A stretch of DNA of 64,000 nucleotides from Arenicellales bacterium (GTDB lineage Bacteria > Pseudomonadota > Gammaproteobacteria > Arenicellales > JAJDZL01): contig OZ241380.1 in assembly GCA_965200765.1 (NCBI GenBank), positions 1,170,417 to 1,234,416 of the forward strand, given 5' to 3'. A program made the translations under genes and the position numbers. Positions 7,822 through 20,100 of the stretch are shown here, one piece after another. Positions within the stretch are counted from its first letter, which is position 1, and each line of letters begins with the position of its first letter. The notes under the pieces were generated by a model, which saw nothing but the letters and a program-made list of their open reading frames with translations, did no database searches and was not told where the DNA came from.

Positions 7822-7851
7822 TGAATTTTGCATGCCCGGATGGTTTATAAT
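7822..7851 (+). promoter_or_regulatory. candidate promoter of giant gene 1 (TGAATT-N18-TATAAT)
   Basis: A consensus -10 TATAAT at 7846-7851 is conserved in copy 2 (22630-22635). The -35-like TGAATT (copy 2: TCAATT) is weak. Confidence 0.35.
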
Positions 7852-8013
7852 AATTGATGATTCATTGGTCATTCGAAGCTGGGGTAGTTTCAGTAGTTTG
7901 TTGTAAAAATATTTTCTGGTACAAGTTGATGAAATTGATGTTGAAGCTGATTGGAACAATCGCTTGGCTTTGCAGTCGAAAGTGTTCTGTTGCTTTGGCG
8001 AAAAAATTAGCGA

Positions 8014-8024
8014 GGGGGGGGGGG
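8014..8024 (+). repeat. homopolymeric G11 tract inside the 5' leader/signal-peptide region of giant gene 1 (candidate translational phase-variation tract)
   Basis: 11 G. TAG 8008-8010 closes the giant frame just 5' of the tract. The ATG-initiated leader frame (7857 or 7929) crosses the tract in another frame and stops at 8129. G10 or G13 would fuse leader and giant ORF. Confidence 0.85.
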
Positions 8025-8118
8025 TGCATTCACTTGTATATCCGAAAGCCCAGTTCGCCGGCTCTCACTTGCCAAGCACATTACCTGCTGGCTACTGGTA
8101 GCGACAATATCAATATGC

Positions 8119-11100
8119 ATGCTGCCTGATGCTAATGCGGAAGGACGTGGCTTTACCAGTCCATCGGGAATTAGTGGAACTACAATTGGTGAGGGGCAAT
8201 TCGACACTGGTTCAGTTGCCGCGAAGTTTGTTGTTAAAGATACAGCTGGGTTTTGGAGTGGTTGGCAAAACTCTTATGTTCGGCTCCTAAATGCTCCCTC
8301 TGGTCTCACAATTGTTAATAGCCGAACATACCAGAATTCTACGCTTGGTTGCAATACGGGTAGCCCACGAGAATGTGTTGAAATAGACTTGGGCTGGTCT
8401 GCCACTGCCGATGTCTCATCGGATACAACAGTTACCGTTCAGGTTGTAGGTAATGGGTTTAATGCTGGCAGGCAATTCGGAGCCTGGTTTACCGTAGGCA
8501 CCTTCACGATCAAAGCGGATGTCGAGGAGCTACAGGTAAGCACCCCCACCAGCAGCAGCACGGTCACGGAGGCGGGCAGCAAGTCGGGGTTCACTGTACG
8601 GCTAGGGAAGGCACCGACGGCGAAAGTGACTGTCAATGTCTCTAGCAGCGACACCTCCGAGGGTTCTGTGTCGCCGGGCGAGTTGGTCTTCACGAGCGAC
8701 GACTACAATACTACGCAGTCGGTGACAGTAACGGGTGTCGATGACAGCATATACGACGGCAACAAAACTTGGAACGTGGTGCTAAACCCGTCGTCGACAG
8801 ATACCGGTTACAACGCTTTATCCAACGTGAATGTGGGGATGACCACCACCGACGACGAAGCTGCGCCTACTTTTTCGATCGACTCGCCGAGCGTGACAGA
8901 GGGCGACAGCGGCTCGGTGAATCTGACATTTACGGTTACGCTGAGTGCGGCGAGCGCATTGCAGCACAAGGTGAACTACGCCGATGCGGGCACCGGCACG
9001 GCGACGTCGGGGACCGACTACACGGCGCTTGCCGCCAGCAGCACGCTGACGTTTGCAGCGGGTGAGACGAGCAAGACGATTACGGTGCAGGTGACGGGCG
9101 ATACTGCAGTGGAGGCGAACGAAACGGTGGTGATCAACCTGAGCAATGCGACGGGCGGCGCCGGCATTTCGACGGCGAGCGGCACCGGTACGATCACGGA
9201 CGACGATTTGAAATTTTCGATCGACTCGCCGAGCGTGACGGAAGGCGACAGCGGCTCGGCGAACCTGGTGTTCACGGTGACGCTGAATGCGTCGGTTTCG
9301 ACGCAGCACACGGTTGACTTCGCCGATGCGGGTACGGGCACGGCAACTTCGGGGACCGACTACACGACTATTCCGAACGGCACGCTGACGTTTGCCGCGA
9401 ATGAGACCAGCAAGACGATTACGGTATCGGTGACGGGCGATACGGCGAACGAAGGGAACGAGACGGTTGTGATCTCGCTGAGCAATGCGACGGCCGGTGC
9501 AGGCATCGGAACAGCGAGCGGCACCGGAACAATCATAGACAACGACCTTACATTTTCAATCAACTCGCCGAGCGTGACGGAGGGCGACAGCGGCTCGGTG
9601 AATCTGACGTTCACAGTGACGCTGAGTGCGTCGGTCTCGTCGCCGCAAACGGTCGACTACGCCGATGCAGGAAGCGGCACGGCGACTTCGGGGACCGACT
9701 ACACGACTATTCCGAACGGCACGCTGACGTTTGCGGCGAACGAGACCAGCAAGACGATTGCAGTTTCGGTGACGGGCGACACGTCGAACGAGGGGAACGA
9801 GACGGTGGTGATCGAGCTGAGCAATGCGACAACCAGCATTTCGACGGCGCGCGGCACCGGCACGATAACGGACAACGATCTGGTATTTTCGATCGACTCG
9901 CCGAGCGTGACGGAAGGCGACAGCAGCTCGGTGAATCTGATATTCACAGTGACGCTGAGTGCGTCGGTCTCGTCGACGCACACGGTCGTCTACGCCGATG
10001 CAGGCACCGGTACGGCGACTTCGGGGACCGACTACACGAGCATTTCGGGCGGCACGCTGACATTTGCGGCGAATGAGACCAGCAAGACGATTACAGTATC
10101 GGTGACGGGCGACACGCTGGACGAGGGGACCGGCGAGACCGTGGTGATTTCGCTGAGCAATGCGACGACCGGCATTTCGACCGCGAGCGGCACCGGCACA
10201 ATCACGGACAACGATCCGAAATTTTCGATCAACTCGCCGAGCGTGACTGAAGGCGACGGCAGCTCAGTGAACCTGGTGTTCACAGTGACACTGAGTGCGT
10301 CGAGCACGTCTCAGTACACGGTTGACTATGCCGATGCGGGTAGCGGCACGGCGACTTCAGGGACCGACTACACGTCGGTCACCGGCAGCACGCTGACGTT
10401 TGCACCGGGGGACACGAGCAAGACAATTACGGTATCGGTGACAGGGGACACAATTGGAGAGCCGAGCGAGACAGTGGTGATCGAGCTGAGCAATGCGACG
10501 ACTGGCATTTCGACATCAAGCGGCACCGGTACGATCAGGGACAACGACCTGGTATTTTCGATCGACTCGCCGAGCGTGACGGAAGGCGACAGCGGCTCGG
10601 CGAACCTGGTGTTCACGGTGACGCTGAGTGTGACGAGCGCATCGCAGCACACGGTGGACTACGCCGACGCAGGCACCGGGACAGCGATGTCAGGGACCGA
10701 CTACACGTCAATCTCCGGCGGCACGCTGACGTTTGCACCGGGGGACACGAGCAAGACAGTTGCGGTATCGGTGAGGGGCGATACGCTGAATGAGGGGAAC
10801 GAGACGGTGGTGATTTCGCTGAGCAATGCGACGACTGGCATTTCGACATCAAGCGGCACCGGTACGATCAGGGACAACGACCTGGTGTTTTCGATCGACT
10901 CGCCGAGCGTGACTGAAGGCGACAGCAACTCGGTGAATCTGGTGTTCACCGTGACGCTGAATGCTTCGAGCACGTCGCCGCAAACGGTCGACTACGCCGA
11001 TGCAGGCAGCGGAACAGCGACTTCGGGAACCGACTACGCGTCGGTCACCGGCAGCACGCTGACGTTTGCAGCGAATGAAACCAGCAAGACGATCACGGTA

Positions 11101-14100
11101 TCGGTGACGGGCGATACGGCGAACGAAGGAAACGAGACGGTGGCGATCACGCTGAGCAATGCGTCGACCGGCATTTCAACGGCGAGCGGCACCGGTACGA
11201 TCATCGACAACGACCTGACATTTTCAATCGACTCGCCGAGCGTGACTGAAGGCGACAGCAGCACTGTGAATCTGACATTCACAGTAACGCTGAATGCGTC
11301 CAGCACGTCGCCGCACACGGTGGACTACGCCGATGCCGGGACCGGAACCGCGACTTCGGGGACCGACTACACGGCTGTTACTGCCAACACACTGACGTTT
11401 GCGCCCGGAGTGACGACCCAGACGATTACGGTGTCGGTGACGGGCGACACGGTCGACGAAGGACATGAGACGGTGGCGATCACGCTGAGCAATGCGACGA
11501 CCGGCATTTCGACCGCGAGCGGCACCGGCACGATCACCGACGACGACCCGAAATTCTCGATCAATTCTCCAACCGCGACGGAGGGCGACAGCAGCTCGGT
11601 GAACCTGACGTTTACAGTGACGCTGAGTGCGTCGAGCACGTCGCCGTACACGGTCGACTATGCCGATGCAGGGACCGGGACAGCGACTTCGGGGACTGAC
11701 TACACGGCTGTTACTGCCAGCACGCTGACGTTTGCGGCGGGGGAAACGAGCAAGACAATTACGGTGTCGGTGACGGGCGACACGGCGGACGAGGGAACCG
11801 GCGAGACAGTGGTGATTTCGCTGAGCAATGCATCGTCGGGCACGGCCATTGCGACGGCGAGCGGCACCGGGACCATAACGGACAACGATCCGAAATTCTC
11901 GATCAACTCGCCAACTGCGACAGAAGGCGACAGCAGCTCGGCGAGCCTGGTGTTCACCGTTACGCTGAGTGCTGCGGGTGCGTCGCCGTACACGGTCGAC
12001 TACGCCCAAACGGGCGGCACGGCAACTTCGGGGACCGACTACGCGGCGGTCGCCGCCGACACGCTGACGTTCGCGGCGGGGACCACGAGCCAGACGATCA
12101 CGGTGCCGGTGACCGGCGACACGCTGGACGAGTCGAACGAGACGGTGGTGCTCACGCTGAGCAATGCGTCGTCGGGCACGGCGATTTCGACGGCGACCGG
12201 CACCGGGACCATAACGGACGACGACCCGAAATTCTCGATCGACTCGCCGAGCGTGACTGAAGGCGACAGCGGCCAAGCGAACTTGATCTTCACAGTGACA
12301 CTGAGCGCTTCGAGCACGTCGCAGCTTACAGTCGACTACGCCCAAACGGGCGGCACGGCGACGTCGGGAACCGACTACGCCGCGGTCACCGCCGGCACGC
12401 TGACATTTGCGGCGAGCGAGACGACCAAGACGATTACAGTATTGGCGACGGGCGATACCGCGGACGAGTCGAACGAGACGGTGGCGCTCACACTGAGCAA
12501 TGCATCGGCCGGCACCGGAATCGCGACTTCGACCGGCACGGGCACGATCCGGGACGACGATCCGAAATTTTCGATCAACTCGCCGAGCGTGACAGAGGGA
12601 GACAGCGGCCAAGCGAGCTTGACGTTCACGGTGACACTGAGCGCTTCGAGCACGTCGCAGCTGACGGTGGACTACGCTCAAACAGGCGGCACGGCGACCT
12701 CGGGGACCGACTACACGGCGGTCGCCGGCAGCACGCTGACGTTTCCGGCGAACAGCACGACCCAGACGATTACAGTATTGGTGACAGGCGACACCGCGGA
12801 CGAGTCGAACGAGACGGTGGTGCTCACGCTCAGCAATGCGTCGGCCGGCACCGGAATCGCGACTTCGACCGGCACGGGCACGATCCGGGACGACGACCCG
12901 AAATTCTCGATCAATTCGCCGAGCGTGACAGAGGGAGACAGCGGCCAAGCGAGCTTGACGTTCACGGTGACACTGAGCGCTTCGAGCACCTCGCAGCTGA
13001 CGGTGGACTACGCCCAGACGGGCGGCACGGCGACTTCGGGGACCGACTACGCGGCGGTCACCGCCGACACGCTGACGTTTGCGCCGGGAACCACGACCCG
13101 GACAGTTGCGGTATCGGTAACGGGAGACACGCTGGACGAGTCGAACGAGACGGTGGTGCTCACGCTGAGCAATGCGACGGCCGGCACGGGCATTTCGACG
13201 GCGACCGGCACCGGGACCATAACGGACGACGATCCGAAATTCTCGATCGACTCGCCGAGCGTGACGGAAGGCGACAGCAGCCCGGTGAATCTGGTGTTCA
13301 CCGTGACACTGAGCGCTTCGAGCACGACGCAGCTCACAGTGGACTACGCCCAAACAGGCGGCACCGCGACTTCAGGGACCGACTACACGGCTGTTGCCGC
13401 CAGCACGCTGACGTTTGCACCGGGGGACACGAGCCAAACGATTACGGTGTCGGTAACGGGAGATACGACTGGAGAGGGGAACGAAACGGTGGAGATCACG
13501 CTGAGCAACGCCTCGGCCGGCACGGGAATCGCGACCGCGACCGGCACCGGCACGATCAGGGACAACGACCTGGCATTCTCGATCGACTCGCCGAGCGTGA
13601 CGGAGGGCGACAGCAATTCGGCGAGCCTGGTGTTCACCGTGACGCTGAGTGCGTCGAGCACGTCGCAGCACACGGTCGACTACGCCGATGCAGGAAGCGG
13701 CACGGCGACGTCGGGGACCGACTATGCGTCGATTGCCGGCAGCACGCTGACGTTCGCCGCGGGGGAGACGAGCAAGACCTTCACAGTATCGGTGACGGGC
13801 GATACGCTGAACGAGGGGAACGAGACGATCGTGATTTCGCTGAGCAATGCGACAACCGGCATTGCGACGGCCAGCGGCACCGGGACGATCGTGGACAACG
13901 ATCTGGTGTTTTCGATCGACTCGCCGAGCGTAGCGGAAGGCGACAGCAGTTCGGTGACCATGACGTTCACAGTGACGCTAAGCGCGTCAGCCTCGTCGCC
14001 GCACACGGTGGACTACGCCGACGCAGGTAGCGGGACGGCGACTTCGGGGACCGATTACACGGCAATCGCCGGCGGCACGCTGACGTTTGCGGCGGGGGTC

Positions 14101-17100
14101 ACGAGCAGGACGATTACAGTATCGGTGACGGGCGATACGGCGATCGAGGGGAATGAGACGATCGTGATTTCGCTGAGCAATGCGACGACCGGCATTGCGA
14201 CGGCCAGCGGCACCGGCACGATCAGAGACGACGACCTGGTATTCTCGATCGACTCGCCGAGCGTGACAGAAGGCGACAGCGGCTCGGCGAGCCTGGTGTT
14301 CACCGTTTCGCTGAGTACGGCGAGCGCCTCGCCGCACACGGTTGACTACGCCGACGCAGGCAGCGGGACGGCGAGTTCCGGGACCGACTACACGGCGGTC
14401 GCCGCCGGCACGCTGACGTTCGCGGCGAACGAGACCAGCAGGACAATAACGGTATCGGTGCGGGGCGATACGCTGAACGAAGGGAACGAGACGGTGGTGC
14501 TCACGCTGAGCAATGCGTCGGCGGGCACGGCGATTGCGACGGCCAGCGGCACCGGCACGATCAGAGACGACGATCTGGTATTTTCGATCGACTCGCCGAG
14601 CGTGACCGAAGGCGACAGCGGGTCGGTGAACCTGACGTTCACCGTGACGCTGAATGCGTCGGCCTCGTCGACGCAGACAGTGGACTACGCCGATGCGGGC
14701 ACCGGCACGGCGACGTCGGGGACCGACTACACGGCGGTCGCCGGCGGCACGCTGACGTTTGCGGCGGGCACCACGAGCCAGACGATTGCAGTGTCGGTGA
14801 CGGGCGACACGACTCAGGAGGGGAACGAGACGGTGGTGCTCGAGCTGAGCAATGCGACGACCGGCATTTCGACGGCCAGCGGCACCGGCACGATCACGGA
14901 CAACGATCTGGTATTTTCGATCGACTCGCCGAGCGCGGCGGAAGGCGACAGCGGCTCTGCGAACCTGACATTCACAGTGACGCTGAGTGCGTCGGCGTCG
15001 TCGACGCACACAGTGGACTACGCCCAAACAGGCGGCACGGCGACTTCGGGGACCGACTACACGGCGGTCGCCGGCGGCACGCTGACGTTTGCAGCAGGGG
15101 TCACGACCCAGACGATTGCGGTGTCGGTGACAGGCGATACGGCGGACGAAGGAAACGAGACGGTGGTAATCATGCTGAGCAATGCATCGACCGGCATTTC
15201 GACCGCGAGCGGCACCGGGACGATCACGGACGACGACCCGAAATTCTCGATCAACTCGCCGAGCGTGGCGGAAGGCGACAGCAGCACGGCGAACCTGGAG
15301 TTCACGGTGACACTGAGCGGGACGAGGTCGAGCTCGTCGCCGCTGTCGGTTGACTACGCCAGTTCGGACGGAACGGCGACAGCAGGCACTGACTACACTG
15401 CTGTTTCCGGCACGCTGACGTTTGCGTCGGGTGTGACAAGCCGGACAGTTGCGGTGTCGGTGACGGGCGACACGACGGACGAGTCGAACGAGACGGTGGT
15501 GCTCACGCTGAGCAATGCATCGGCGGGCACGGGGATTTCGACGGCGACCGGCACCGGCACGATCCGGGACGACGACCCGAATTTCTCGATCAACTCGCCG
15601 AGCGTTGTGGAAGGCGACAGCGGGCCGGTGAATCTGGTATTCACCGTTACGCTGAGCGCGTCTGCTTCGTCGCCGTACACGGTCGACTATGCCGATGCGG
15701 GGACCGGGACAGCGACTTCGGGAACCGACTACACAGCAGTCACCGGCAGCACGCTAACGTTTGCGGCGGGGGAAACGAGCAAGACAATTACAGTGTCGGT
15801 GACAGGCGACACAGTGGACGAGTCGAACGAGACGGTGGCGATCACTTTGAGCAATGCGTCGTCGGGCACGGCGATTTCGACGGCGACCGGCACCGGCACG
15901 ATCAGGGACGACGATCCGAAATTCTCGATCAACTCGCCGAGCGTGACGGAAGGCGACAGCAGCTCGGTCAACCTGGTGTTCACGGTGACACTGAGCGCTT
16001 CAAGCACGTCGCAGCTGACGGTCGACTACGCGCAGACGGGCGGCACGGCGACCTCGGGGACCGACTACGCGGCGGTCACCGCCGGCACGCTGACGTTTAC
16101 GCCGGGGACCACAACCCGGACGATTGCGGTGTCGGTGACGGGCGACACCGCGGACGAGTCGAACGAGACGGTGGTGCTCACGCTGAGCAATGCGACGGCG
16201 GGCGCGGGCATTTCGACGGCGACCGGCACCGGGACGATCATGGACGACGATCCGAAATTTTCGATCGGCAATGCGAGCGTGGCGGAGGGCGACAGCGGTT
16301 CGGCGAACCTGGTGTTCACCGTTACGCTGAGTGCTTCAAGCACATCGCAGCTGACGGTCGACTACGCGCAGACGGGCGGCACTGCGACGTCGGGGACCGA
16401 CTACACGGCGGTCGCCGCCGGCACGCTGACGTTTCCGGCGAACAGCACGACCCGGACGATTACGGTGCTGGCGACGGGCGACATGCTGGACGAGGCGAAT
16501 GAGACGGTGGTGCTCACGCTGAGCAATGCGACGTCGGGCGCGGGTATTTCTACAGCGACCGGCACCGGCACGATCCGGGACGACGACCCGAAATTCTCGA
16601 TCAACTCGCCGACGGCGACGGAAGCCGACAGCAATTCGGTGAACCTGGTGTTCACGGTGACACTGAGCGCATCAAGCTCGTCGCAGTTGACGGTGGACTA
16701 CGCTCAGACGGGCGGCACGGCGACGTCGGGAACCGACTACGCAGCGGTCGCCGCCGGCACGCTGACGTTTGCGGCCGGGACGACGAGCCGGACGATCACG
16801 GTATCGGTGACGGGCGACACGGCGAACGAGGTGAACGAGACGGTGATCATCACGCTGAGCAATGCGACGTCCGGCGCGGGCATTGGGACGGCGGTCGGCA
16901 CGGGCACGATCACGGACAACGACACGCCCGGCTTTTCAATCAATTCGCCGAGCGTGGCGGAAGGCGACAGCAGCACGACGAACCTGGTGTTCACAGTGAC
17001 GCTGAGTCCGGCGCCGGCGACTGCGGCGACGGTGAACTGGGCCGAAGGTACCGGGGGCACGGCGACGTCGGGGACCGACTACACCGCGATTGCGGGCGGC

Positions 17101-20100
17101 ACGCTGACGTTTTCGGCGGGGACCGCGACCCGGACGATTACGGTATCAGTGACAGGGGACACGACGCACGAAGCGGACGAGACGGTGGTGATCACGCTGA
17201 GCAATGCGTCGACGGGCACGAACATTTCGACGGCGAGCGGCACCGGCACCATCACCAACGACGATTCAGGCCTTTCGATCGACTCGCCGAGCGTGACGGA
17301 GGGCGACAGCGGGTCGGCGAACCTGGTGTTCACGGTGACGCTGAGTCCGGCGTCGTCGTCGCAGGTGACGGTGAACTACGCCCGCACGGGCGGCACCGCG
17401 ACGTCGGGCACCGACTTCACGGCGCTGGCCGCCAGCACCACGCTGACATTTGCGGCGAACGAAACAAGCAAGACAATCGCGGTGTCGGTGACGGGCGATA
17501 CGATCAACGAGGCGAACGAGACAGTGATTGTCACGCTGAGCAGCGCCTCGGGCGCGGACATCGTGACGGCCAGCGGCACCGGCACGATCACGGACGACGA
17601 CACGCCCAGCTTTTCGATCAACTCGCCGAGCGTGGTGGAGGGCGACAGCAGCACGGCGAACCTGGAGTTCACAGTGACGCTGAGTCCGGCCAGCTACCAG
17701 GCTACGACAGTGGACTATGCGACTGCAACTGCAGGCACAGCGACGGCGGGGACCGACTTCACGGCGATCTCGGCGACCACATTGACGTTTGCGGCGGGGG
17801 ATACGAGCAAGACGTTCATGGTGTCGGTGACGGGCGACACGACTGACGAGGGTGCGGGCGAGACGGTGGTGGCTGCACTGAGCGATGCGACCGGCAATGC
17901 AGAGATCGGGACATCGAGCGGCACCGGCACGATTACGGACGACGACCCGAAATTTTCGATCGGCAATGCGAGCGCGACGGAGGGCGACAGCGGTTCGGTG
18001 AACATGACATTCACAGTGACGCTGAATTCTGCGGGCAATTCGCAGTACACGGTCGACTACGCCAGTACGGACGGCACGGCGACTGCGGGAACCGACTACA
18101 CGGCGGTCTCGGGAACGCTGACGTTTGCGGCGGGGACCACGAGCCGTACATTGACAGTATCGGTGACGGGGGACGCGGCGAACGAGGCGAACGAGACATT
18201 GACGGTCACGCTGAGCAATCCGTCGGTAGGCACGGCGATTGCGACGGCGACCGGCACCGGCACCATCACGGACAACGATACGCCGGGCTTTTCGATCGAC
18301 TCGCCGAGCGTGGCGGAAGGCGACAGCAGCACGACGAGCCTGACGTTCACGGTGACGCTGAGTCCGGCGCCGGCAACCCAGGCGACGGTGAACTGGGCCG
18401 AAGGTACCGGGGGCACGGCGACGTCGGGTACCGACTACACAGCGATTACAGGCGGCACGCTGACGTTTTCGGCGGGGACCGCGACCCAGACGATTACGGT
18501 ATCAGTGACAGGGGACACGTCGCACGAAGCGGACGAGACGGTGGTGCTCACGCTGAGCAATGCGTCGAGCGGCACGAACATCACGACGGCGACCGGCACC
18601 GGCACCATCACCAATGACGATCCGGGCCTTTCGATCGACTCGCCGACGGTGACGGAGGGCGACAGCGGATCGGTGGACCTGGTGTTCACAGTAACGATGA
18701 GCCCGGCATCGTCGTCTCAGGTGACGGTGAACTACGCCCGCAGCGGCGGCACGGCGACGTCGGGAACCGACTTCACGGCGCTGGCCGCCAGCAACACGCT
18801 GACGTTTGCGGCGAACGAGACGAGCAAGACGATCACGGTGTCGGTGACGGGCGACACGGTGAACGAGCCAGACGAGACGGTGATCGTCACGCTGAGCAGC
18901 GCATCGGGTGCGGACATCGTGACAGCCAGCGGCACGGGTACGATCACGGACAACGACACGCCGAACTTCTCAATTGATTCGCCGAGCGTGGCGGAAGGCG
19001 ACAGCAGCACGACGAACCTGACGTTCACGGTGACGCTGAGTCCGGCGAGCTACCAGCCGGTGACAGTGGACTACGCGCAGACCGGCGGCACGGCGACCTC
19101 GGGGACCGACTATACGGCGGTCGCGGCCGGCATGCTGTCGTTTGCAGCAGGTGCTACGAGCCAGACGATCACGGTATCGGTGACGGGCGACACGATGTAC
19201 GAAGCGAGCGAGACGGTGGTGCTCACGCTGAGCAATGCGTCGTCGGGCACGAACATAGCGGCGGCGACTGGCACCGGCACCATCGCCAACGACGACCAGG
19301 GACTGCTGATTGATTCGCCGAGCGTGGTCGAGGGCGACAGCGGTACGGTGAACCTGGCGTTTACGGTGACGCTGGAGCCGGCAGCTGCGACGCAGGTGAC
19401 GGTGAACTATGCGGATGCAGGCGGCGGCACGGCGACCTCGGGGACCGACTACGCGGCAGTCGGCGGCACGCTGACGTTTTCCGCCGGGGAGACGAGCAAG
19501 ACGATTGCGGTATCGGTGACCGGCGACACGGCGGACGAGCCGGACGAGACGGTGGTGATTGCGCTGAGCAATGCGTCGGGCGCGAGCATCGTAACGGCGC
19601 GCGGCACCGGGACGATCGTGGACAACGATGTGCCCGGCTTTTCGATTGATTCGACAAGCGCGGCGGAAGGCGACGACGAGGCGAGCAGCCTGACGTTCAC
19701 GGTGACGCTGAGCCCGGCAAGCTACAGGCAGGTGTCGGTGAACTACGCCGATGCCGGCACCGGCACGGCGACGTCGGGGAGCGACTATGCGGCTTTTGGC
19801 GGCACGCTGACATTCTCGGCAGGGGAGACCAGCAAGACGATTGCAGTGTCGGTGACGGACGATGCGCTGGACGAGCCGGACGAGACGGTGGTGGTTGTGC
19901 TGAGCCATGCGTCGTCGGGCACGAGCATTGCGACGGCGAGCGGCACGGGTACGATCACAGACAACGACATCCCCGGCTTTTCGATCGACTCGCCGAGCGT
20001 TGTGGAAGGCGACAGCGGTTCGACCGTTCTGACGTTCACGGTTTCGCTGAATCCGGCGAGCCATCAGCCGGCCACGGTGCACTACGCCGATGCGGGTACT

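Larger units (their letters stand above)
7451..8118 (+). repeat. conserved 5' control/leader module of giant gene 1 (paralogous to 22235..22905)
   Basis: Alignable by eye base-for-base with 22235..22905 (668 vs 671 bp) with scattered substitutions and small indels. It contains the IS1595 5' fragment (opposite strand), the palindrome, both G tracts, TATAAT, and the leader ORF. Confidence 0.85.

Noticed and set aside
7854-8129. Track ORFs 7854..8129 and 22641..22916 (91 aa each) could be independent small genes upstream of the giant genes.
   Set aside because: They are conserved between the two copies only as DNA. They run through the G tracts and end inside the signal-peptide region in the wrong frame. 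I reinterpreted them as the out-of-register leader of the giant ORFs.
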